In this document: one piece after another, positions 12,174 to 24,963 of the stretch
Layout of the letters: each line of letters opens with the position of its first letter
Numbering within the stretch: position 1 is the stretch's first letter
NCBI RefSeq assembly: GCF_009914755.1
Contig: NC_060929.1
Reading direction: 5' to 3' (one strand)
Length of the DNA: 64,000 bases
Source: the human T2T-CHM13v2.0 reference genome, Homo sapiens
Translations under genes and position numbers: made by a program
Notes under the pieces: model-generated
The model's input: only the letters and a program-made list of their open reading frames with translations
Told to the model about the DNA's origin: nothing
The model's database searches: none

Positions 12174-14714
12174 ATCTTCACATAAAAAGTAGACCCAAGC
12201 ATTCTCAGAAGGTTCTTTGTGATGTGGGCGTTCAACTCACAGACTTGAAACTTTCTTTTGATAGAGCAGTGTTGAAACACACTTTTTGTAGAATCCAGAA
12301 GTATTCGTTTGGAGCGCTTTGTTGCCTATGTGGGAAAAAGGAATATCTTCACTTAAAAACTAGACAGAAGCATTCTCTGAAACTCCTCTGTGAAGTGTGT
12401 GTTCAATTCATATCGTTGAACCTTTCTTTTGATAGAGCAGTGTTGAAACATACTTTTTGTAGAATCTGCAAGTGTCCATTTCGAGTTCTTTTGTGCGTAT
12501 GTTGGAAAAAGTGATATCTTCACCTGAAAAATAGACAGAAGCATTCCAGAAACTGCTTTGTAACATATGCATTCAACTCACAGTGTTGAACCTTCCTTTT
12601 GAGAGAGCGGTTTTGAAACAGTCTTTTTGTAGTATCTGCAAGTGGATATTTGCAGTGATTTGAGGCCGAAGAAGGAAAAGGAAATACCTTCAAATAAAAA
12701 ACTAGACGGAAGCATTTTCAGAAACTGCCTTGTGATGTGTGCATTAAACTCACAGAGTTGAACCTTCCTTTTGAGAGAGAAGTTTTGAAACAGTCTTTTT
12801 GTAGTATTTGCAAGTGGATATTTGGAGCGATTTGTGGAGTATGGTGGAAAATGAAATACCTTCACATACAAAGTAGACAGAAGCATTCTCAGAAACTGCT
12901 TTGTGATGTGTGCATTTAAGTCACAGACTTGAAACTTCCTTTAGGTAGAGCAGTGTTGAAACACACTTTTTGTATAATCTACAAGTGTTCTTTGGAGTGC
13001 TTTGTTGCCTATGTTGGAAAAAGAAATATCTTCACATAAAAACTAGACAGAAGCATTCTCAGAAACTCCTTTGTGATGGGTTTGTTCAATTCACATTGTT
13101 GAACCTTTCTTTTGATACAGCAGGGTTGAAACAAACATTTTGTAGAATCTGCAAGTGTTCATTTCAAATGCTTTGTGGCCTATGTTGGAAAAAGTGATAT
13201 CTTCACCTAAAAAATAGACAGAAGCATTCTCAGGAACTGCTTTGTAATATGTGCATTCAACTCACAGAGTTGAACCTTCCTTTTGAGAGAGCGGTTTTGA
13301 AACAGTCTTTTTGTAGTATCTGCAAGTGGATATTTGGAGCGATTTGAGGTCTAAGAAGGAAAAGGAAGTACCTTCAAATAAAAACTAGACAGAAGCTTTC
13401 TCAGAAACTGCTTTGTGATGTGTGCATTTAACTCAAAGTCTTGATCCTTACTTTTGTTAGAGCAGTGTTGAAACACACTTTTTGTAGAACCTGGTAGTGT
13501 TCATTTGGAGAGATTTGTTGCCTATGGTGGAAAAAGGATTATCTTCTCTTAAAAACTAGACAGAAGCATTCTTAGAAACTGCTTTGTGATGTGTGTGTTC
13601 AATTCACAGAGTTGAAACTTTCCTTTGACAGAGCAGGTTTGAAACACTGCTTCTGTAGAATCTGCTTGTGGATATTGGGAGCTCCTTGAGGAATACGTTG
13701 TAAAAGGCATATCCTCACATACAAACTAAACAGAAGCATTCTCAGAAACTGCTTTGTGATGTGTGCATTCAACTCACAGAGTTGAACCTTCCGTTTGAGA
13801 GAGCAGTGTTGAAACGATCTTTTTGTAGTATCTTCAATTGGATATTTGGAGCGATTTGAGGCCTATGATGGAAAAGGAAATATCTTCACATACAAACTAG
13901 ACAGAAGCATTCTCAGAAACTGCTTTGTGATGTGTGCATTCAACCCACAGAGTTGAACCTTCCTTTTGAGAGAGCAGTGTTGAAACGGTCTTTTGTAGTA
14001 TCTGCAAGTGGATATTTGGAGCGATTTGAGGCCTATGATGGAAAAGCAAATATCTTCACATACAAACTAGACAGAAGCATTCTCAGAAACTGCTTTGTGA
14101 TGTGTGCATTCAACCGACAGATTTGAACTTTCCTTTAGAGAGGGAGGTTTTGAAACAGTCTTTTTGTAGTATCTGCAAGTGGATATTTGTAGTGACTTGG
14201 GGCCTCAGGTGGAAAAGGAAATACCTTCACATACAAAGTAGACAGAAGTATTCTCAGAAACTCCATTGTGATGTGTGCACTCAACTCACAGAGTTGAACC
14301 TTCCTTTTGAGAGAGCAGTTTTGAAACAGTCTTTTTGTAACGTCTGCAGGTGGATATTTGGAGCGATTCGTGTAGTATGATGGAAAAGGAAATATCTTCA
14401 CATACAAACGAAACAGAAGCATTCTCAGAAACTTCTTGTGATGTGTGCGTTCACCTAACAGAGTGGAACCGTTCTTTTGATAGAGCCGTTTTGAATCAGT
14501 CTTTTGGTAGGACCTGCAAGTATTCATTTGGAGCGCTTTGAAGCCCATGGTGGAAAAGGGACTATCTTCACAAAAAACTAGGCAGAAGCCTTCTCAGGAA
14601 CTTCATTGAGATGTGTGCATTCAACTAACAGAGTTGAAACTGTCTTTTGATAGAGGAGGGATGAAACACTCCTTTTGTAGTATCTGATTGTGTATATTTG
14701 GAACTCTTTGAGTT

Positions 14715-14731
14715 ATTCGTTGGAAACGGGT
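14715..14731 (+). other. CENP-B box
   Basis: ATTCGTTGGAAACGGGT, core intact. Confidence 0.92.
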
Positions 14732-17272
14732 ATCTTCACATAAAAAGTAGACCCAAGCATTCTCAGAAGGTTCTTTGTGATGTGGGCGTTCGACTCACAG
14801 ACTTGAAACTTTCTTTTGATAGAGCAGTGTTGAAACACACTTTTTGTAGAATCCACAAGTATTCGTTTGGAGCGCTTTGTTGCCTATGTGGGAAAAAGGA
14901 ATATCTTCACTTAAAAACTAGACAGAAGCATTCTCTGAAACTCCTCTCTGAAGTGTGTGTTCAATTCACATCGTTGAACCTTTCTTTTGATAGAGCAGTG
15001 TTGAAACATACTTTTTGTAGAATCTGCAAGTGTCCATTTCGAGTTCTTTTGTGCGTATGTTGGAAAAAGTGATATCTTCACCTGAAAAATAGACAGAAGC
15101 ATTCCAGAAACTGCTTTGTAACATATGCATTCAACTCACACTGTTGAACCTTCCTTTTGAGAGAGCGGTTTTGAAACAGTCTTTTTGTAGTATCTGCAAG
15201 TGGATATTTGCAGTGATTTGAGGCCGAAGAAGGAAAAGGAAATACCTTCAAATAAAAAACTAGACGGAAGCATTTTCAGAAACTGCCTTGTGATGTGTGC
15301 ATTCAACTCACAGAGTTGAACCTTCCTTTTGAGAGAGAAGTTTTGAAACAGTCTTTTTGTAGTATTTGCAAGTGGATATTTGGAGCGATTTGTGGAGTAT
15401 GGTGGAAAATGAAATACCTTCACATACAAAGTAGACAGAAGCATTCTCAGAAACTGCTTTGTGATGTGTGCATTTAAGTCACAGACTTGAAACTTCCTTT
15501 AGGTAGAGCAGTGTTGAAACACACTTTTTGTATAATCTACAAGTGTTCTTTGGAGTGCTTTGTTGCCTATGTTGGAAAAAGAAATATCTTCACATAAAAA
15601 CTAGACAGAAGCATTCTCAGAAACTCCTTTGTGATGGGTTTGTTCAATTCACATTGTTGAACCTTTCTTTTGATACAGCAGGGTTGAAACAAACATTTTG
15701 TAGAATCTGCAAGGGTTCATTTCAAATGCTTTGTGGCCTATGTTGGAAAAAGTGATATCTTCACCTAAAAAATAGACAGAAGCATTCTCAGGAACTGCTT
15801 TGTAATATGTGCATTCAACTCACAGAGTTGAACCTTCCTTTTGAGAGAGCGGTTTTGAAACAGTCTTTTTGTAGTATCTGCAAGTGGATATTTGGAGCGA
15901 TTTGAGGTCTAAGAAGGAAAAGGAAGTACCTTCAAATAAAAACTAGACAGAAGCTTTCTCAGAAACTGCTTTGTGATGTGTGCATTTAACTCAAAGTCTT
16001 GATCCTTACTTTTGTTAGAGCAGTGTTGAAACACACTTTTTGTAGAACCTGGTAGTGTTCATTTGGAGAGATTTGTTGCCTATGGTGGAAAAAGGATTAT
16101 CTTCTCTTAAAAACTAGACAGAAGCATTCTTAGAAACTGCTTTGTGATGTGTGTGTTCAATTCACAGAGTTGAAACTTTCCTTTGACAGAGCAGGTTTGA
16201 AACACTGCTTCTGTAGAATCTGCTTGTGGATATTGGGAGCTCCTTGAGGAATACATTGTAAAAGGCATATCCTCACATACAAACTAAACAGAAGCATTCT
16301 GAGAAACTGCTTTGTGATGTGTGCATTCAACTCACAGAGTTGAACCTTCCATTTGAGAGAGCAGTGTTGAAACGATCTTTTTGTAGTATCTTCAATTGGA
16401 TATTTGGAGCGATTTGAGGCCTATGATGGAAAAGGAAATATCTTCACATACAAACTAGACAGAAGCATTCTCAGAAACTGCTTTGTGATGTGTGCATTCA
16501 ACCCACAGAGTTGAACCTTCCTTTTGAGAGAGCAGTGTTGAAACGGTCTTTTGTAGTATCTGCAAGTGGATATTTGGAGCGATTTGAAGCCTATGATGGA
16601 AAAGGAAATATCTTCACATACAAACTAGACAGAAGCATTCTCAGAAACTGCTTTGTGATGTGTGCATTCAACCGACAGATTTGAACTTTCCTTTGGAGAG
16701 GGAGGTTTTGAAACAGTCTTTTTGTAGTATCTGCAAGTGGATATTTGTAGTGACTTGGGGCCTCAGGTGGAAAAGGAAATACCTTCACATACAAACTAGA
16801 CAGAAGTATTCTCAGAAACTCCATTGTGATGTGTGCACTCAACTCACAGAGTTGAACCTTCCTTTTGAGAGAGCAGTTTTGAAACAGTCTTTTTGTAACG
16901 TCTGCAGGTGGATATTTGGAGCGATTCGTGTAGTATGATGGAAAAGGAAATATCTTCACATACAAACGAAACAGAAGCATTCTCAGAAACTTCTTGTGAT
17001 GTGTGCGTTCACCTAACAGAGTGGAACCGTTCTTTTGATAGAGCCGTTTTGAATCAGTCTTTTGGTAGGACCTGCAAGTTTTCATTTGGAGCGCTTTGAA
17101 GCCCATGGTGGAAAAGGGACTATCTTCACAAAAAACTAGGCAGAAGCCTTCTCAGGAACTTCATTGAGATGTGTGCATTCAACTAACAGAGTTGAAACTG
17201 TCTTTTGACAGAGGAGGAATGAAACACTCCTTTTGTAGTATCTGATTGTGTATATTTGGAACTCTTTGAGTT

Positions 17273-17289
17273 ATTCGTTGGAAACGGGT
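17273..17289 (+). other. CENP-B box
   Basis: ATTCGTTGGAAACGGGT, core intact. Confidence 0.92.
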
Positions 17290-19830
17290 ATCTTCACATA
17301 AAAAGTAGACCCAAGCATTCTCAGAAGGTTCTTTGTGATGTGGGCGTTCAACTCACAGACTTGAAACTTTCTTTTGATAGAGCAGTGTTGAAACACACTT
17401 TTTGTAGAATCCAGAAGTATTCGTTTGGAGCGCTTTGTTGCCTATGTGGGAAAAAGGAATATCTTCACTTAAAAACTAGACAGAAGCATTCTCTGAAACT
17501 CCTCTGTGAAGTGTGTGTTCAATTCACATCGTTGAACCTTTCTTTTGATAGAGCAGTGTTGAAACATACTTTTTGTAGAATCTGCAAGTGTCCATTTCGA
17601 GTTCTTTTGTGCGTATGTTGGAAAAAGTGATATCTTCACCTGAAAAATAGACAGAAGCATTCCAGAAACTGCTTTGTAACATATGCATTCAACTCACAGT
17701 GTTGAACCTTCCTTTTGAGAGAGCGGTTTTGAAACAGTCTTTTTGTAGTATCTGCAAGTGGATATTTGCAGTGATTTGAGGCCGAAGAAGGAAAAGGAAA
17801 TACCTTCAAATAAAAAACTAGACGGAAGCATTTTCAGAAACTGCCTTGTGATGTGTGCATTCAACTCACAGAGTTGAACCTTCCTTTTGAGAGAGAAGTT
17901 TTGAAACAGTCTTTTTGTAGTATTTGCAAGTGGATATTTGGAGCGATTTGTGGAGTATGGTGGAAAATGAAATACCTTCACATACAAAGTAGACAGAAGC
18001 ATTCTCAGAAACTGCTTTGTGATGTGTGCATTTAAGTCACAGACTTGAAACTTCCTTTAGGTAGAGCAGTGTTGAAACACACTTTTTGTATAATCTACAA
18101 GTGTTCTTTGGAGTGCTTTGTTGCCTATGTTGGAAAAAGAAATATCTTCACATAAAAACTAGACAGAAGCATTCTCAGAAACTCCTTTGTGATGGGTTTG
18201 TTCAATTCACATTGTTGAACCTTTCTTTTGATACAGCAGGGTTGAAACAAACATTTTGTAGAATCTGCAAGTGTTCATTTCAAATGCTTTGTGGCCTATG
18301 TTGGAAAAAGTGATATCTTCACCTAAAAAATAGACAGAAGCATTCTCAGGAACTGCTTTGTAATATGTGCATTCAACTCACAGAGTTGAACCTTCCTTTT
18401 GAGAGAGCGGTTTTGAAACAGTCTTTTTGTAGTATCTGCAAGTGGATATTTGGAGCGATTTGAGGTCTAAGAAGGAAAAGGAAGTACCTTCAAATAAAAA
18501 CTAGACAGAAGCTTTCTCAGAAACTGCTTTGTGATGTGTGCATTTAACTCAAAGTCTTGATCCTTACTTTTGTTAGAGCAGTGTTGAAACACACTTTTTG
18601 TAGAACCTGGTAGTGTTCATTTGGAGAGATTTGTTGCCTATGGTGGAAAAAGGATTATCTTCTCTTAAAAACTAGACAGAAGCATTCTTAGAAACTGCTT
18701 TGTGATGTGTGTGTTCAATTCACAGAGTTGAAACTTTCCTTTGACATAGCAGGTTTGAAACACTGCTTCTGTAGAATCTGCTTGTGGATATTGGGAGCTC
18801 CTTGAGGAATACGTTGTAAAAGGCATATCTTCACATACAAACTAAACAGAAGCATTCTCAGAAACTGCTTTGTGATGTGTGCATTCAACTCACAGAGGTG
18901 AACCTTCCATTTGAGAGAGCAGTGTTGAAACGATCTTTTTGTAGTATCTTCAATTGGATATTTGGAGCGATTTGAGGCCTATGATGGAAAAGGAAATATC
19001 TTCACATACAAACTAGACAGAAGCATTCTCAGAAACTGCTTTGTGATGTGTGCATTCAACCCACAGAGTTGAACCTTCCTTTTGAGAGAGCAGTGTTGAA
19101 ACGGTCTTTTGTAGTATCTGCAAGTGGATATTTGGAGCGATTTGAAGCCTATGATGGAAAAGGAAATATCTTCACATACAAACTAGACAGAAGCATTCTC
19201 AGAAACTGCTTTGTGATGTGTGCATTCAACCGACAGATTTGAACTTTCCTTTGGAGAGGGAGGTTTTGAAACAGTCTTTTTGTAGTATCTGCAAGTGGAT
19301 ATTTGTAGTGACTTGGGGCCTCAGGTGGAAAAGGAAATACCTTCACATACAAAGTAGACAGAAGTATTCTCAGAAACTCCATTGTGATGTGTGCACTCAA
19401 CTCACAGAGTTGAACCTTCCTTTTGAGAGAGCAGTTTTGAAACAGTCTTTTTGTAACGTCTGCAGGTGGATATTTGGAGCGATTCGTGTAGTATGATGGA
19501 AAAGGAAATATCTTCACATACAAACGAAACAGAAGCATTCTCAGAAACTTCTTGTGATGTGTGCGTTCACCTAACAGAGTGGAACCGTTCTTTTGATAGA
19601 GCCGTTTTGAATCAGTCTTTTGGTAGGACCTGCAAGTTTTCATTTGGAGCGCTTTGAAGCCCATGGTGGAAAAGGGACTATCTTCACAAAAAACTAGGCA
19701 GAAGCCTTCTCAGGAACTTCATTGAGATGTGTGCATTCAACTAACAGAGTTGAAACTGTCTTTTGACAGAGGAGGAATGAAACACTCCTTTTGTAGTATC
19801 TGATTGTGTATATTTGGAACTCTTTGAGTT

Positions 19831-19847
19831 ATTCGTTGGAAACGGGT
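19831..19847 (+). other. CENP-B box
   Basis: ATTCGTTGGAAACGGGT, core intact. Confidence 0.92.
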
Positions 19848-22388
19848 ATCTTCACATAAAAAGTAGACCCAAGCATTCTCAGAAGGTTCTTTGTGATGTG
19901 GGCGTTCAACTCACAGACTTGAAACTTTCTTTTGATAGAGCAGTGTTGAAACACACTTTTTGTAGAATCCAGAAGTATTCGTTTGGAGCGCTTTGTTGCC
20001 TATGTGGGAAAAAGGAATATCTTCACTTAAAAACTAGACAGAAGCATTCTCTGAAACTCCTCTGTGAAGTGTGTGTTCAATTCACATCGTTGAACCTTTC
20101 TTTTGATAGAGCAGTGTTGAAACATACTTTTTGTAGAATCTGCAAGTGTCCATTACGAGTTCTTTTGTGCCTATGTTGGAAAAAGTGATATCTTCACCTG
20201 AAAAATAGACAGAAGCATTCCAGAAACTGCTTTGTAACATATGCATTCAACTCACAGTGTTGAACCTTCCTTTTGAGAGAGCGGTTTTGAAACAGTCTTT
20301 TTGTAGTATCTGCAAGTGGATATTTGCAGTGATTTGAGGCCGAAGAAGGAAAAGGAAATACCTTCAAATAAAAAACTAGACGGAAGCATTTTCAGAAACT
20401 GCCTTGTGATGTGTGCATTCAACTCACAGAGTTGAACCTTCCTTTTGAGAGAGAAGTTTTGAAACAGTCTTTTTGTAGTATTTGCAAGTGGATATTTGGA
20501 GCGATTTGTGGAGTATGGTGGAAAATGAAATACCTTCACATACAAAGTAGACAGAAGCATTCTCAGAAACTGCTTTGTGATGTGTGCATTTAAGTCACAG
20601 ACTTGAAACTTCCTTTAGGTAGAGCAGTGTTGAAACACACTTTTTGTATAATCTACAAGTGTTCTTTGGAGTGCTTTGTTGCCTATGTTGGAAAAAGAAA
20701 TATCTTCACATAAAAACTAGACAGAAGCATTCTCAGAAACTCCTTTGTGATGGGTTTGTTCAATTCACATTGTTGAACCTTTCTTTTGATACAGCAGGGT
20801 TGAAACAAACATTTTGTAGAATCTGCAAGTGTTCATTTCAAATGCTTTGTGGCCTATGTTGGAAAAAGTGATATCTTCACCTAAAAAATAGACAGAAGCA
20901 TTCTCAGGAACTGCTTTGTAATATGTGCATTCAACTCACAGAGTTGAACCTTCCTTTTGAGAGAGCAGTTTTGAAACAGTCTTTTTGTAGTATCTGCAAG
21001 TGGATATTTGGAGCGATTTGAGGTCTAAGAAGGAAAAGGAAGTACCTTCAAATAAAAACTAGACAGAAGCTTTCTCAGAAACTGCTTTGTGATGTGTGCA
21101 TTTAACTCAAAGTCTTGATCCTTACTTTTGTTAGAGCAGTGTTGAAACACACTTTTTGTAGAACCTGGTAGTGTTCATTTGGAGAGATTTGTTGCCTATG
21201 GTGGAAAAAGGATTATCTTCTCTTAAAAACTAGACAGAAGCATTCTTAGAAACTGCTTTGTGATGTGTGTGTTCAATTCACAGAGTTGAAACTTTCCTTT
21301 GACAGAGCAGGTTTGAAACACTGCTTCTGTAGAATCTGCTTGTGGATATTGGGAGCTCCTTGAGGAATACATTGTAAAAGGCATATCCTCACATACAAAC
21401 TAAACAGAAGCATTCTGAGAAACTGCTTTGTGATGTGTGCATTCAACTCACAGAGTTGAACCTTCCATTTGAGAGAGCAGTGTTGAAACGATCTTTTTGT
21501 AGTATCTTCAATTGGATATTTGGAGCGATTTGAGGCCTATGATGGAAAAGGAAATATCTTCACATACAAACTAGACAGAAGCATTCTCAGAAACTGCTTT
21601 GTGATGTGTGCATTCAACCCACAGAGTTGAACCTTCCTTTTGAGAGAGCAGTGTTGAAACGGTCTTTTGTAGTATCTGCAAGTGGATATTTGGAGCGATT
21701 TGAAGCCTATGATGGAAAAGGAAATATCTTCACATACAAACTAGACAGAAGCATTCTCAGAAACTGCTTTGTGATGTGTGCATTCAACCGACAGATTTGA
21801 ACTTTCCTTTGGAGAGGGAGGTTTTGAAACAGTCTTTTTGTAGTATCTGCAAGTGGATATTTGTAGTGACTTGGGGCCTCAGGTGGAAAAGGAAATACCT
21901 TCACATACAAAGTAGACAGAAGTATTCTCAGAAACTCCATTGTGATGTGTGCACTCAACTCACAGAGTTGAACCTTCCTTTTGAGAGAGCAGTTTTGAAA
22001 CAGTCTTTTTGTAACGTCTGCAGGTGGATATTTGGAGCGATTCGTGTAGTATGATGGAAAAGGAAATATCTTCACATACAAACGAAACAGAAGCATTCTC
22101 AGAAACTTCTTGTGATGTGTGCGTTCACCTAACAGAGTGGAACCGTTCTTTTGATAGAGCCGTTTTGAATCAGTCTTTTGGTAGGACCTGCAAGTTTTCA
22201 TTTGGAGCGCTTTGAAGCCCATGGTGGAAAAGGGACTATCTTCACAAAAAACTAGGCAGAAGCCTTCTCAGGAACTTCATTGAGATGTGTGCATTCAACT
22301 AACAGAGTTGAAACTGTCTTTTGACAGAGGAGGAATGAAACACTCCTTTTGTAGTATCTGATTGTGTATATTTGGAACTCTTTGAGTT

Positions 22389-22405
22389 ATTCGTTGGAAA
22401 CGGGT
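22389..22405 (+). other. CENP-B box
   Basis: ATTCGTTGGAAACGGGT, core intact. Confidence 0.92.
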
Positions 22406-24946
22406 ATCTTCACTTAAAAAGTAGACCCAAGCATTCTCAGAAGGTTCTTTGTGATGTGGGCGTTCAACTCACAGACTTGAAACTTTCTTTTGATAGAGCA
22501 GTGTTGAAACACACTTTTTGTAGAATCCAGAAGTATTCGTTTGGAGCGCTTTGTTGCCTATGTGGGAAAAAGGAATATCTTCACTTAAAAACTAGACAGA
22601 AGCATTCTCTGAAACTCCTCTGTGAAGTGTGTGTTCAATTCACATCGTTGAACCTTTCTTTTGATAGAGCAGTGTTGAAACATACTTTTTGTAGAATCTG
22701 CAAGTGTCCATTACGAGTTCTTTTGTGCCTATGTTGGAAAAAGTGATATCTTCACCTGAAAAATAGACAGAAGCATTCCAGAAACTGCTTTGTAACATAT
22801 GCATTCAACTCACAGTGTTGAACCTTCCTTTTGAGAGAGCGGTTTTGAAACAGTCTTTTTGTAGTATCTGCAAGTGGATATTTGCAGTGATTTGAGGCCG
22901 AAGAAGGAAAAGGAAATACCTTCAAATAAAAAACTAGACGGAAGCATTTTCAGAAACTGCCTTGTGATGTGTGCATTCAACTCACAGAGTTGAACCTTCC
23001 TTTTGAGAGAGAAGTTTTGAAACAGTCTTTTTGTAGTATTTGCAAGTGGATATTTGGAGCGATTTGTGGAGTATGGTGGAAAATGAAATACCTTCACATA
23101 CAAAGTAGACAGAAGCATTCTCAGAAACTGCTTTGTGATGTGTGCATTTAAGTCACAGACTTGAAACTTCCTTTAGGTAGAGCAGTGTTGAAACACACTT
23201 TTTGTATAATCTACAAGTGTTCTTTGGAGTGCTTTGTTGCCTATGTTGGAAAAAGAAATATCTTCACATAAAAACTAGACAGAAGCATTCTCAGAAACTC
23301 CTTTGTGATGGGTTTGTTCAATTCACATTGTTGAACCTTTCTTTTGATACAGCAGGGTTGAAACAAACATTTTGTAGAATCTGCAAGTGTTCATTTCAAA
23401 TGCTTTGTGGCCTATGTTGGAAAAAGTGATATCTTCACCTAAAAAATAGACAGAAGCATTCTCAGGAACTGCTTTGTAATATGTGCATTCAACTCACAGA
23501 GTTGAACCTTCCTTTTGAGAGAGCGGTTTTGAAACAGTCTTTTTGTAGTATCTGCAAGTGGATATTTGGAGCGATTTGAGGTCTAAGAAGGAAAAGGAAG
23601 TACCTTCAAATAAAAACTAGACAGAAGCTTTCTCAGAAACTGCTTTGTGATGTGTGCATTTAACTCAAAGTCTTGATCCTTACTTTTGTTAGAGCAGTGT
23701 TGAAACACACTTTTTGTAGAACCTGGTAGTGTTCATTTGGAGAGATTTGTTGCCTATGGTGGAAAAAGGATTATCTTCTCTTAAAAACTAGACAGAAGCA
23801 TTCTTAGAAACTGCTTTGTGATGTGTGTGTTCAATTCACAGAGTTGAAACTTTCCTTTGACAGAGCAGGTTTGAAACACTGCTTCTGTAGAATCTGCTTG
23901 TGGATATTGGGAGCTCCTTGAGGGATACGTTGTAAAAGGCATATCCTCACATACAAACTAAACAGAAGCATTCTCAGAAACTGCTTTGTGATGTGTGCAT
24001 TCAACTCACAGAGTTGAACCTTCCATTTGAGAGAGCAGTGTTGAAACGATCTTTTTGTAGTATCTTCAATTGGATATTTGGAGCGATTTGAGGCCTATGA
24101 TGGAAAAGGAAATATCTTCACATACAAACTAGACAGAAGCATTCTCAGAAACTGCTTTGTGATGTGTGCATTCAACCCACAGAGTTGAACCTTCCTTTTG
24201 AGAGAGCAGTGTTGAAACGGTCTTTTGTAGTATCTGCAAGTGGATATTTGGAGCGATTTGAAGCCTATGATGGAAAAGGAAATATCTTCACATACAAACT
24301 AGACAGAAGCATTCTCAGAAACTGCTTTGTGATGTGTGCATTCAACCGACAGATTTGAACTTTCCTTTGGAGAGGGAGGTTTTGAAACAGTCTTTTTGTA
24401 GTATCTGCAAGTGGATATTTGTAGTGACTTGGGGCCTCAGGTGGAAAAGGAAATACCTTCACATACAAAGTAGACAGAAGTATTCTCAGAAACTCCATTG
24501 TGATGTGTGCACTCAACTCACAGAGTTGAACCTTCCTTTTGAGAGAGCAGTTTTGAAACAGTCTTTTTGTAACGTCTGCAGGTGGATATTTGGAGCGATT
24601 CGTGTAGTATGATGGAAAAGGAAATATCTTCACATACAAACGAAACAGAAGCATTCTCAGAAACTTCTTGTGATGTGTGCGTTCACCTAACAGAGTGGAA
24701 CCGTTCTTTTGATAGAGCCGTTTTGAATCAGTCTTTTGGTAGGACCTGCAAGTTTTCATTTGGAGCGCTTTGAAGCCCATGGTGGAAAAGGGACTATCTT
24801 CACAAAAAACTAGGCAGAAGCCTTCTCAGGAACTTCATTGAGATGTGTGCATTCAACTAACAGAGTTGAAACTGTCTTTTGACAGAGGAGGAATGAAACA
24901 CTCCTTTTGTAGTATCTGATTGTGTATATTTGGAACTCTTTGAGTT

Positions 24947-24963
24947 ATTCGTTGGAAACGGGT
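24947..24963 (+). other. CENP-B box
   Basis: ATTCGTTGGAAACGGGT, core intact. Confidence 0.92.
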
